A stretch of DNA of 64,000 nucleotides from Pseudomonadota bacterium (GTDB taxonomy: Bacteria; Pseudomonadota; Alphaproteobacteria; Sphingomonadales; Sphingomonadaceae): the NCBI GenBank assembly GCA_039815865.1, contig JBCBYM010000001.1, forward strand, positions 3,933-67,932, in the 5' to 3' direction. Shown here in pieces: positions 19,934 to 29,110 of the stretch (positions are counted from its first letter, which is position 1; every line of letters begins with the position of its first letter). A program made the translations under genes and the position numbers. The notes beneath the pieces were generated by a model. That model saw only the letters and a list, made by a program, of their open reading frames with translations, did no database searches and had not been told where the DNA came from.

Positions 19934-22306
19934 ATGCACCGTTACCCCCTGCTTGCGCGCGCAACTTCCGCCTGCGCCATCGCCGCCGCCTTGAGCGCGG
20001 CTCCGCACACCGCTCTCGCGCAGAACACCGAGACCTCTGAGGAAGTCACCGGCCCGGTCATCATCGTCACCTCGCAAAAGCGCGAAGAGGTTATCACGGA
20101 CGTGCCCGCGACGATCAGCGCGCTTTCGGGCGAGAACTTGCAGTCTATCGGCATTGACGAATTTGACGAAGTCGCCGCTTACATCCCCGGCCTGACGGTT
20201 CAGGAGCAGAGCCCTAACAACCCTGGCTTTGTGATCCGCGGCATCACTTCGGATTCGGGCAGCGCTCAGATCGCGCCGCGCGTCACCATCTATTACAACG
20301 GCGTCGACGTATCGCGCTCACGCGGGTCGTATTTCGACCTGTTCGACATTGAACGGATCGAGGTCGTTAAGGGCCCGCAAGCCACCCTGTTCGGCACCGC
20401 CTCCACGATCGGCGCGATCTCTGTTGTGACGGCCAAGCCAAAGCCCGGCTTTGACCGCCAGAACTCGATCTCGATCGGCAATCTTGGCCAGTTCGAAAGC
20501 GACGGCATGCTCAACCTGGGCAATGACAAGGTCGCAGGCCGCATCGCCTGGACGGTCAAGCGCCGCGATGGTTATGTCGAGAACATCGCCGGTGAGCCGG
20601 GCAGCGCATCGGAAGGCATTGTCGGCATCGATCAGGACGATCTCAACGGCGTCGATCAGTTCGGCGTGCGCGGTAGCTTGCGCTTCACGCCCACAGACAA
20701 CACCACGATTGATCTTGTTGCGACCTATGAAGAGCAGAACAACCCCGGCACCGCCTTCGTCTCGGGCACGATCCCGGCGACCGGTGGCGACACCAGCCCT
20801 TACACCCCCTCCGAGCTTGGCGGCTCACCCTTCAGCGAGAGCGTTCTGGGTCTGGATGAGCTGGGTCTTGAGCGCTCGGTCTTCGACATTTCGGGCACGA
20901 TCGAGCACAGCTTCAACGACAATTGGACGCTGACCTCGATCACCGGTTACCGCGAATTTGACAGCCTCGAAGTGTTCGATGCCGACGGCTCAGCGCTGTT
21001 TTATCTCGAGTTCGCCGAAGAATCACTGGGCGATCAGTTCAGCCACGAAACCCGTTTGTCTTATGAAGGCGACATGTTCCGCGGCTTTTTCGGGGTCAAC
21101 TATTTCCAGGAAGACGGCACACAAGGCGTGCCTTTTTCAACCGATGAAGGCACCTACCTGGCGTGCATCGATGCGGGCACCGCAGCGCTGGTGGGCAGCG
21201 TAGTCGGCGTTCCGGCCAATGAGGTGTGCTCGGGCCCCAACGCGCTGATCGCGGCGCCCCAGGCCTCGTCGATCCTGACCGGCGGCGCGGCGAGCGTCGT
21301 TCCCTATGAGAGCGTGTTCCGCAATGGCGGCGACAATTCGTCCTTCTCGGTTTTTGCCGATGGTACGCTGGTGTTCGACAGCCTCGAGTTCACGGCGGGC
21401 CTGCGCTACATCACCGAAGATCGTCGCAGCACCTTCTTCTCCGAACAGCCGCTCAGCGCTCTGGCGGGTTTCCCGCTTCTGTTCGTGCCCGGCACCAATG
21501 GCGAAACGCTGGAAGCCGAAGACAGCTTTGATGCGTGGCTGCCGCGCTTCAACCTGCTGTTCCGGGCAACCGACGAAGTGAACCTCTACGCGACCGTCTC
21601 AAAAGGTCGCCGCTCCCCGGTTATCGATCTGGACCAGGATGGCGCGACGCTGATCGATGCTGAAGAAGTCTGGAACTATGAAGGCGGGATCAAGGCCAAT
21701 GCAGGCCAGTTCGCCGGATCGGTTGGCGTGTTCTTCCAGGACTACACCAACTTCCAGACCAGCTTCATCGACGGTAACGCGCAGATCGTGCCGGTCAACG
21801 CAGGCGAGGCGAGCAACTTCGGTGTCGAGGCCGAGGCGATCTGGGCGCCGTCGCGCAATCTGCGCTTCTTTGCCAACTACGCCTATATCGATGCAGAGAT
21901 TGACGCGCCGTCCGATCAGCCGGGCGCCGATGCCTTTGTGGGCTCGCGCTTCCGCCTTCAGCCCGAGCATTCGGCGAGCGGCGGCTTTGATGCAAGCTTT
22001 GGCATCGGCAACACCTCGCACGAGGTCTTCATCACGCCGAGCGTCACCTATCAAAGCCGGGTCTTCTTTGAGCAGCCCAACGATCCCGATAACCCCACGC
22101 TCAGCGAAGACGGCTATGCGCTCGTTAACCTGCGCGCCGGTGTGCGGTTCAACGATGGCAAGTTTGGCCTGACCTTCTACGCGCGCAACCTGCTGGACGA
22201 AGAGTACCTGATCGATGCGGGCAACACCGGCGCTGTTTTCGGCACGCCGACCTTCATCGCCGGCGAACCGCGCCTCTACGGCATTGAGTTCTCGGCGCGC
22301 TACTGA
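19934..22306 (+). CDS. TonB-dependent receptor
   Basis: Signal peptide, IIVTSQKR, VIRGI, IEVVKGPQATLFG, C-terminal YGIEFSARY. Confidence 0.93.
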   Translation: MHRYPLLARATSACAIAAALSAAPHTALAQNTETSEEVTGPVIIVTSQKREEVITDVPATISALSGENLQSIGIDEFDEVAAYIPGLTVQEQSPNNPGFVIRGITSDSGSAQIAPRVTIYYNGVDVSRSRGSYFDLFDIERIEVVKGPQATLFGTASTIGAISVVTAKPKPGFDRQNSISIGNLGQFESDGMLNLGNDKVAGRIAWTVKRRDGYVENIAGEPGSASEGIVGIDQDDLNGVDQFGVRGSLRFTPTDNTTIDLVATYEEQNNPGTAFVSGTIPATGGDTSPYTPSELGGSPFSESVLGLDELGLERSVFDISGTIEHSFNDNWTLTSITGYREFDSLEVFDADGSALFYLEFAEESLGDQFSHETRLSYEGDMFRGFFGVNYFQEDGTQGVPFSTDEGTYLACIDAGTAALVGSVVGVPANEVCSGPNALIAAPQASSILTGGAASVVPYESVFRNGGDNSSFSVFADGTLVFDSLEFTAGLRYITEDRRSTFFSEQPLSALAGFPLLFVPGTNGETLEAEDSFDAWLPRFNLLFRATDEVNLYATVSKGRRSPVIDLDQDGATLIDAEEVWNYEGGIKANAGQFAGSVGVFFQDYTNFQTSFIDGNAQIVPVNAGEASNFGVEAEAIWAPSRNLRFFANYAYIDAEIDAPSDQPGADAFVGSRFRLQPEHSASGGFDASFGIGNTSHEVFITPSVTYQSRVFFEQPNDPDNPTLSEDGYALVNLRAGVRFNDGKFGLTFYARNLLDEEYLIDAGNTGAVFGTPTFIAGEPRLYGIEFSARY

Positions 22307-22331
22307 AGCGCCGGACTAGCCTTCACACAGC

Positions 22332-22366
22332 AAGGGGGCTGCGCGTGTCGCGGCCCCCTTTTCTTT
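22332..22366 (+). terminator. Rho-independent terminator (probably bidirectional)
   Basis: AAGGGGGCTGCG-loop-CGCGGCCCCCTT followed by TTCTTT, between convergent genes. Confidence 0.85.
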
Positions 22367-22370
22367 CGGT

Positions 22371-22994
22371 TTAGCGTTCGCCGGAAATGTCAGGAGACGG
22401 GTCGATGTCGATCACCCCTACCCCCTCTTGAAGCCCGGCTTCGCGTTGAGCCAGCTCCTCTTCGTTTAACGGGCGAAAGCGAATGTCGAGCGCGGTCAAG
22501 ACGCCATCCTCGCGTTGGCGAATGGTCACGACCCCGCGCTGATCGGGGTTGAGCAATTCTTCTTCGATCGCCTTGGCGCGCTCCTGCCCGACATAAAGCC
22601 GCCCTTGTCTGAGGCTGCGCGAACCATAGACGCTTCCCGCTTGCGCGATCAGCTTGTGCTCGCACATCTCAAAATCTGGGTCGAATGCGCTGTCATAGGC
22701 GATCGCTTCGGCGATCTGAGGCGCTTCACCGATCAGACACAAAGCCTGGGGGGCGCGTCGCATGCGGATCAAGCGGTCTTGGTCGCCCTCTTCCTCAGCC
22801 GCGGGGCGGATCGGCCAGGCGTACTGAAACTCGACGTAATGGCCACGCAGCAAATCGCGCGGGTCATAACCTTCGATCTCAACCTCCCAGTCGGTGCCCT
22901 GTTGGCTCAGATCCTCACTTTGCCACCACAAAGCGGCGAGCCCGGCAAACGGAAGCGCGACGAGGAACACAGCGCGAAGAGCCGTTTGCATCAT
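22371..22994 (-). CDS. GDYXXLXY domain membrane-anchored protein
   Basis: N-terminal TM, then YDPRDLLRGHYVEFQY. Confidence 0.85.
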   Translation of the reverse strand: MMQTALRAVFLVALPFAGLAALWWQSEDLSQQGTDWEVEIEGYDPRDLLRGHYVEFQYAWPIRPAAEEEGDQDRLIRMRRAPQALCLIGEAPQIAEAIAYDSAFDPDFEMCEHKLIAQAGSVYGSRSLRQGRLYVGQERAKAIEEELLNPDQRGVVTIRQREDGVLTALDIRFRPLNEEELAQREAGLQEGVGVIDIDPSPDISGER

Positions 22995-24157
22995 AACGCT
23001 TCGCCTCCATCATGGTCCGCACCCGGTGCAAATTCGCGGCTTACCCGGTAAGCGCCCCAGGCGATGCCGAGGATGAGCAGGCCGGAAAGGATCAAGCCGA
23101 AACCGGAGAGAAGGAGGTCGCTCGCCAACTCAAAGCTCAGGATGATAAGCCGCAAGGCGATGGCCGCCACCGCAAGCTGGAACACGCCGCGCCAGCCAGC
23201 TTTGAGCGCCGCCGCCGCAACGCCGAACCACAAGGCCATGAATAACAGCGCGGCGGCCAGATCCACCCCGCTAACCGATCGCGCCAGCAGCATGGTCACC
23301 CCTGAACCGGCAAGGATCGCTCCTGACAAGCGGCCCGAATGCGTGGGCCGAACCAGCGCCACCAGCGCGCCGGTGAGGATACCGACACCTGCAAATGTCG
23401 CCAGAGCGGCCGGGCCAAGGACGCCCGTCTCTTCGCCTCCGAACGCATCGAGGCTGGCCAGAGCCGTTGCGATCGAGGCCCCGCCAAGAGCGTAGATCAG
23501 CGCCAATTGCTCAAGGCGCCGCCAGAAATCGGCCCGCGTCGAGCGCGCTCGAAGGAACCCTCCCAGAGGCGCGAAGAGTGCGGGCAAGGCCATCACCGCC
23601 GCCACCCAGACGGAAGGTCGGGTTGGATCGTCTGCAGAAAAGACAAGCGCCTCGGAGGCAAAGGCGTATTCCCACACGGCGTAGATCGCGCCGCCGAAAA
23701 CAAGGTTCGCGCTCAGCCAGCTGCGACCGGTCAGCAGCAGCATCGGTCCAAACAGCGCCAGCCACATGGCAAGCGGCACCCACAGCGGCGAACTGGTCTG
23801 ATAGACCTGCCCCAGATGGCCGAAGAATGTGAGCCCCAGAACTGCGGTGATCGCGGTGAGCGCTTCGAGCGCCCAGGGCGAGGCAGAAACGAGCTGTTTC
23901 TCCTTGAAGAAGACGGCCCCCAACGCGCCGCCCAGCAGCGCGAGATGGATCGCAAGGCGCACTTGGCCGGGCACATCCTCCCAATTGGCGGCCACCACGG
24001 AGACCAGGCCCAGCCCGATCGCCAACGCGCCAATGCCAAACACCGCCCACAAAGCCAAAGGCCGCGCGTGTTCGGCCTCGTAGGCGAGCAGCGCCGCGCG
24101 CGTTTGCGCGTCAATCAGCCCGGCATCGTGCCATGTCTCAATCTTGCGAGCGCTCAT
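22991..24157 (-). CDS. DUF2157 family multi-TM membrane protein
   Basis: W..AGLID..T...L N-terminus, GLVSVVAANWEDVP, HLGQVYQ, about 11 TM segments. ATGA overlap with the GDYXXLXY gene. Confidence 0.85.
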   Translation of the reverse strand: MSARKIETWHDAGLIDAQTRAALLAYEAEHARPLALWAVFGIGALAIGLGLVSVVAANWEDVPGQVRLAIHLALLGGALGAVFFKEKQLVSASPWALEALTAITAVLGLTFFGHLGQVYQTSSPLWVPLAMWLALFGPMLLLTGRSWLSANLVFGGAIYAVWEYAFASEALVFSADDPTRPSVWVAAVMALPALFAPLGGFLRARSTRADFWRRLEQLALIYALGGASIATALASLDAFGGEETGVLGPAALATFAGVGILTGALVALVRPTHSGRLSGAILAGSGVTMLLARSVSGVDLAAALLFMALWFGVAAAALKAGWRGVFQLAVAAIALRLIILSFELASDLLLSGFGLILSGLLILGIAWGAYRVSREFAPGADHDGGEAL

Positions 24158-24233
24158 AATGTGAGGCTAGCGGCAATCACCAACAGGGACAATCGCAGGC
24201 CTTTGAGCGCCCAGCAAAGCGCTCACCTGTGCC

Positions 24234-25298
24234 CTATTCGAAGTCCGCCGCCGTCAGCACGGTCTGGTTGCTGATCGCATCCGCACTCTTGGCCTGGATC
24301 TCTTCGGTCGCGGGTACAAGGCCGATCTGGGTGAGCGCGCTGTCCGCGCTCCAGCTTTTGGCCCATTGCGCCAGATAGTCTTCAATCCCCGGCGTCGCGC
24401 CGATACGGGCTTTCTTGACATACATATAGAGCGGGCGCGAACCGGGATAGGAGCCATCAGCGATGGTCTCAGCGCTGGGGGACACACCGTCCAACGTCAG
24501 GCCTTTGATCGCTTCGACGTTTTCCTCAAGATAGGAATAGCCAAAGATACCGACAGCGCGCGGGTTGTTGGAGATCTTGCCAACGATCAGATCGTCCTTC
24601 TCGCCCTGCTCGATATAGGCGCTGTCCGAGCGCAGAGCGTGGCAATTGCTCTCAAAGGCGACCGGATCGCTTTCCTCCAAAGCCGCCATGGCGCGGTTGG
24701 CGGTGCAGGCCGGCATCATGACCACCTCGAGCAGCGCGTCGCGCGTGCCGGAGGTTTCGGAGGGACCATAGACGATGATCGGCTCGTTCGGGAGGCCGCC
24801 TGCCACATCGGCCCAATTGGCCGCTGTCTGCTCTTCGCCAAACGGCGTTGCAGCAAGCGCCCGGTAAACCGACGCGGAGGTCAGCGACAGATCAATGCCC
24901 TTGTCTTTGGCGGAGGCGAACACGATGCCATCGCGCCCGACCTTGATCTCAATAATATCGGATACGCCCGCGGCCTTGCAGGTGTTGAACTCTTCCAGCG
25001 TAATGCGGCGCGAGGCGTTCACAATGTCGGCCGTGCCCGGGCCCTCGCTCGCGCAAAACTCGGCGATGCCTTCGCTGGATCCGGTCGATTTGATCGTGGG
25101 CGCGGCCATGCCATCATTGGCGGCCACGGCGTCCTCGGCCACCTTCTGCGCGAACGGATACACCGTCGAGGATCCAATAATTGTCAGCGGCTGAGCGGCC
25201 TCTTCGGCTTCACCGCCGCACGCGGCCAATGCGAGACAGGCCGCCGAGACAAGCAGGGCTTTGGCGGACTGGGCGGCGAACGAATACTTACGTGTCAT
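24234..25298 (-). CDS. pstS: PstS-family phosphate-binding lipoprotein (paralog 2)
   Basis: LAAC lipobox, IIGSSTVYPFA, NASRR, GRDGI, SGTRDA, FGYSY, SRPLYMY. Confidence 0.85.
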   Translation of the reverse strand: MTRKYSFAAQSAKALLVSAACLALAACGGEAEEAAQPLTIIGSSTVYPFAQKVAEDAVAANDGMAAPTIKSTGSSEGIAEFCASEGPGTADIVNASRRITLEEFNTCKAAGVSDIIEIKVGRDGIVFASAKDKGIDLSLTSASVYRALAATPFGEEQTAANWADVAGGLPNEPIIVYGPSETSGTRDALLEVVMMPACTANRAMAALEESDPVAFESNCHALRSDSAYIEQGEKDDLIVGKISNNPRAVGIFGYSYLEENVEAIKGLTLDGVSPSAETIADGSYPGSRPLYMYVKKARIGATPGIEDYLAQWAKSWSADSALTQIGLVPATEEIQAKSADAISNQTVLTAADFE

Positions 25299-25360
25299 CG
25301 GGTGCTCCCTCTTTCCAGATGAACTCGTTCCAGACGCAATCTGGACAAAGTCGTATTTGG

Positions 25361-26464
25361 TCAGCCTTCGACAACCGCCTCGGCTGCGTCTTCGGGTTTC
25401 GCTTGGGTCTCGCCGGTCAGATCGGCGCGGGTCATGGTGATAAGCTCGTCGACCTTGGCTTTGTTGGCGGCCATTTCATCCGCCGGTGAGGCAACAAGAC
25501 CGATTTTGGCGAGCGGGCCTTCCGCGCTCCAGTTCTTGACCCATTCCTGGAGGTAGAGATCAAGCCCTGGAATGGCGCGCATATGCGCCTTCTTGACGTA
25601 GACATAGAGCGGCCGCGCGCCGGGATAATCAAAGCTGGCGATGTTGGCGTAAGTCGGGTCCACGCCGTCCATTGGCAGGCCCTGGACTTTGTCAATATTT
25701 TCATCGAGATAGGAGAATCCGAACACACCCACTGAACGCGGATTGCTCTCGATCTTCTGGACGATGAGATTGTCCTGCTCGCCCTGATCGACATAAGCGC
25801 CATCCGAGCGCACTTCGGTGCACACCGCCTGGTGCTCGTCCTCGTCTTCTTCCTTGAGCGCCTTCATGGCCGGGTTGGTGTCGCAGCCGACTTCCAGAAC
25901 CAGTTCCTTGAGCGCGTCGCGCGTGCCGCTGGTGCTGGGTGGGCCGTATACGAGGATCGGCTCATCCGGCAGCGCGGGATCAACATCGCGCCACGTCTCA
26001 GCGGTCTGTTCGCCGCCATAGGGGCGCGCCGCCAGCGCTTCGTAGACGGTGCGCGGCGACAGGTTGAGCATGATACCGCCCTTGGCCGAGGCAAAAGCGA
26101 TGCCGTCGAGGCCAACCTGCAATTCGATGATATCCGCCACACCGTTGGCCTGGCACTTGTCAAACTCGCTCACCTTCATGCGGCGCGAGGCGTTGACCAT
26201 GTCCGGAGTGTCGGCGCCAACCCCTGAGCAAAACAGCTGGATACCGCCGCCTGTGCCCGTGCTCTCGATGAGGGGGGACTTGTAGTCGGGATTGGAGAGC
26301 GCGTAGCTCTCGGCGATCAGCTTGGCGAAGGGATAGACGGTTGAGGAACCCACAGCGCGGATCGAATCGCGCGACACATCGCCTGCGCATCCCACAAGCG
26401 ACACCGCGCTTGCGAGGAAAAATGCGGAAAAGGTCAGCCGCGTAGCCTTGGCGGTGCGTTTCAT
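25361..26464 (-). CDS. pstS: PstS-family phosphate-binding lipoprotein (paralog 1)
   Basis: LVGC lipobox, AVGSSTVYPFA, ESTGTGGG, NASRR, GLDGI, SGTRDA, ARPLYVY. ATG at 26464. Confidence 0.9.
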   Translation of the reverse strand: MKRTAKATRLTFSAFFLASAVSLVGCAGDVSRDSIRAVGSSTVYPFAKLIAESYALSNPDYKSPLIESTGTGGGIQLFCSGVGADTPDMVNASRRMKVSEFDKCQANGVADIIELQVGLDGIAFASAKGGIMLNLSPRTVYEALAARPYGGEQTAETWRDVDPALPDEPILVYGPPSTSGTRDALKELVLEVGCDTNPAMKALKEEDEDEHQAVCTEVRSDGAYVDQGEQDNLIVQKIESNPRSVGVFGFSYLDENIDKVQGLPMDGVDPTYANIASFDYPGARPLYVYVKKAHMRAIPGLDLYLQEWVKNWSAEGPLAKIGLVASPADEMAANKAKVDELITMTRADLTGETQAKPEDAAEAVVEG

Positions 26465-26509
26465 AATCTTGTGGAACTCCCGTAGTCTTGTGGCCGCTAA
26501 GCGCCGACT

Positions 26510-26527
26510 GTGACACAGGAATGACGT
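26510..26527 (-). promoter_or_regulatory. PHO box (PhoB site) upstream of pstS
   Basis: Minus strand ACGTCAT-TCCT-GTGTCAC: two GTCAY half-sites 11 bp apart, with a TA-starting -10 candidate 10 nt downstream. Confidence 0.7.
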
Positions 26528-26737
26528 GCACAACCCGTTGCGGCGATCTTCAGACCAGACAAGTGCGCCAAATTAGGGCTCTTTTTCGGCTTCTGTAGCG
26601 ATTTGCAGCCCTCGCGTTAGGTTTATACGTTGAATACAATTTGCCGCAAGTTTTCAGGATTTTAGATGTCTTACTGCGCCGCATGAGAGCGCGGACGATT
26701 TAAGGCATTTCTAACCGCTTGGGGTTAGTCTTGAGCT

Positions 26738-28570
26738 ATGGGACGCCTCGCCACCCACGTGATGGTCGCCGCGCTGTTTGCGGTGTTCGCCAGCCTTTTG
26801 GCTGCGCCGGCGGCTGCCAGTGGTGTTGTCCATCATCACGGCGAGCCCAGTTTCGCACCCGCCTGCCACGCCGCGTCCGGGCTTGAGACGACGTTTCAAG
26901 ACATGGCCAAACTCACAACAGAGCCATCGCAGCGCGGCGTGCGCTGGACGTGTTCGGATGAAGACTGGGTGGCGCACGAGCCCGTCGCTTGGTTGCTGTT
27001 CGAGCGCGAGGCGTGGGACGGCGAAGAGCGCCCGCGCCACTTCTTCACCAGGATTGCCCGGTACCAGTCCATCAGCTTTTCCGCGCTGGATGCGGATGGG
27101 ACCTTGCGGACGCTCGAATGGAGCGAGACGGATGGGGAGCCCTTCCCCGCCGGACCCGTGTTCCGCCTTGACCTGCCCGAGATCAAGGCCGAAACCCACG
27201 CACTTATCGTCCGGATCGAGCGCCCGCATTCTGTCCCGATGCTGACTGAAGCCCGGCTTGCCTTCTATCCCGACGACGCGGACTGGTCTCAGCTTGAAGT
27301 CATGATCCTGGCCTTCGTACTCGGCATGCTGGTGCTTCCTCTGTTCTTCGACATCAGCTTCTTCATCGTCCTGCGCGAGCGTTTCGTGTTGCTGCACGCA
27401 GCGATGGTGGTTGCGATGATGGGTTATGTCCTGTCCGCAGGCGGGTTAATCTCAGTCTTCGACGCGATCCCGCTCTGGGTTACGGCCATCGCTGGCCCAC
27501 TGTTCTGGGCCATCGGTGTCGGCATTTCCGCGCTCTTTCTGGCTGAGTTTCTCGAGACACACGCGCAGTCCAGGCTGATGCGGCGCGTCACAATAGGCGC
27601 GGGCTATTGGTCGATCCTGGTGCCCGGCTTTCTCGCTCTGCAACTGCACGCAACCCACGGATTTGATGACCGGCTGTATTTCTACGCCTTCGTGCCCGTG
27701 ATCCTGATCATCACCGCCGGCATCGCCGAGGCGGTTGGACGCGGAAGCCGAAGCGCGCGTTTCCTGGCCTTTGCCTGGACGCCGATTATCCTCGCCTCGA
27801 TTGAACGCCTGCTGCGCGGGATCGGAGCGTATGTGGGCCCTTCCAGCCTTGATCAGGGCATGTTTCTGGCCACCGCGCTGGAAGTCATCGTCGTCAGCCT
27901 GGCCATCGCCGATCGCTTCCTTGCGATCCGGCGCGAACGCGACGAAGCGCGGACCGAAGCGCGCATGCTTGAACACTTGTCCGAGCGTGACGCGCTTACC
28001 GGCCTGCTCAACCGGCGCGGGCTCGAAGCGCAGTTCGAAGATCTGTTCAAGAGCGGCTTTGACACGTTTGCGCTGATTGATCTGGATCGCTTCAAGCAGG
28101 TGAATGATCGCCATGGACACCAGGTTGGGGATGCAGCGCTCGTGGCCTGCGCCAAGGCGCTGTTGGGGCAGCAAGACCCGGATCTTGTCGCCGCGCGGTT
28201 GGGCGGAGAGGAGTTCGTGGTGCTTCTTCGCGGCAAGCGAACGCTGCGACGCGCCGAAGCGCTGCGGCAGTCCATCCCGATACGCATCGCCGCCGACGTG
28301 GAAGGTCTCGACACCCCCGTGACGGCCAGTTCGGGCGCCATCGGCGTCCCGCGCGCGACCAGCGCCCGCATGTCCTTTGACGAATTCTACGCCCGGGCGG
28401 ACAGCCTGATGTATGACGCCAAAGCGTCAGGGCGAAACCGCATGGTCTCCGAGAAGCTCACTATGTTCCCGGCCCGCGTAAAACCGGCTGGTTCACAAGG
28501 CTCGCCCATCCCGCCGCGTGAGAGGCGTGGCCGCTCTGGCAGGGATCGACGCAAAGGCCGGGCCGCTTAA
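26738..28570 (+). CDS. 7TM-DISM-type sensor diguanylate cyclase
   Basis: Periplasmic domain, about 7 TM helices, DALTGLLNRR, IDLDRFKQVNDRHGHQVGD, RLGGEEF. Confidence 0.9.
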   Translation: MGRLATHVMVAALFAVFASLLAAPAAASGVVHHHGEPSFAPACHAASGLETTFQDMAKLTTEPSQRGVRWTCSDEDWVAHEPVAWLLFEREAWDGEERPRHFFTRIARYQSISFSALDADGTLRTLEWSETDGEPFPAGPVFRLDLPEIKAETHALIVRIERPHSVPMLTEARLAFYPDDADWSQLEVMILAFVLGMLVLPLFFDISFFIVLRERFVLLHAAMVVAMMGYVLSAGGLISVFDAIPLWVTAIAGPLFWAIGVGISALFLAEFLETHAQSRLMRRVTIGAGYWSILVPGFLALQLHATHGFDDRLYFYAFVPVILIITAGIAEAVGRGSRSARFLAFAWTPIILASIERLLRGIGAYVGPSSLDQGMFLATALEVIVVSLAIADRFLAIRRERDEARTEARMLEHLSERDALTGLLNRRGLEAQFEDLFKSGFDTFALIDLDRFKQVNDRHGHQVGDAALVACAKALLGQQDPDLVAARLGGEEFVVLLRGKRTLRRAEALRQSIPIRIAADVEGLDTPVTASSGAIGVPRATSARMSFDEFYARADSLMYDAKASGRNRMVSEKLTMFPARVKPAGSQGSPIPPRERRGRSGRDRRKGRAA

Positions 28571-28580
28571 CCGGCACTGG

Positions 28581-28985
28581 TCAGTCCGGGCTCGGCTCTC
28601 GAAACGGCGCAAGCACTTCGGGCCGCACTCGCACCAGCCGCTGTTTTGCCCGGTCAAGCATAGCCCAGGTCGTGCGCGCGGATACGAGCGGCTTGCCCGC
28701 CACATCGGTGAATTCGACCACGCGCACCGAGGTCGCGCCTTTGGCCGCGCCCGGGATGAAGGTCGTCCCCTGCGCGTTCTCACCCAGCGCGATATTGGCG
28801 CGGTAATCGATCTCATGACGCACCACCACCCAGATGAACGCGGTGTGGTCCTCGGGCCGCGCGACAGCGGTCCAATGCGCGGTCGCGAGGTCCTGAATCC
28901 ACTGCACCCACACCGCGTTGTTGACGTGGCCCAGCTCATCAATGTGCGACGGCTCAGCGGTGAAGGTGCGGGTGAAGCGCGGCAT
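28581..28985 (-). CDS. acyl-CoA thioesterase (4HBT/hotdog family)
   Basis: HIDELGHVNNAVWVQW, VVRHEIDY. Confidence 0.9.
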   Translation of the reverse strand: MPRFTRTFTAEPSHIDELGHVNNAVWVQWIQDLATAHWTAVARPEDHTAFIWVVVRHEIDYRANIALGENAQGTTFIPGAAKGATSVRVVEFTDVAGKPLVSARTTWAMLDRAKQRLVRVRPEVLAPFREPSPD

Positions 28986-29110
28986 TACGGACAGGCTCCT
29001 ATCCCCACGAGGCAGGGCCCGAATAGCAGCAGAAATGGAAAGGCAACGCCAATCAACGCGAATAGGCCGATGACCATGACCAGTTCGCGCGAATAGTTAC
29101 GCCGCTTCAC
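28985..29110 (-). CDS. 41-aa single-pass membrane protein (not in ORF track)
   Basis: MKRRNYSRELVMVIGLFALIGVAFPFLLLFGPCLVGIGACP. GTGA overlap with the upstream peptidase stop and TAATG overlap with the downstream thioesterase start. Confidence 0.6.
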   Translation of the reverse strand: MKRRNYSRELVMVIGLFALIGVAFPFLLLFGPCLVGIGACP

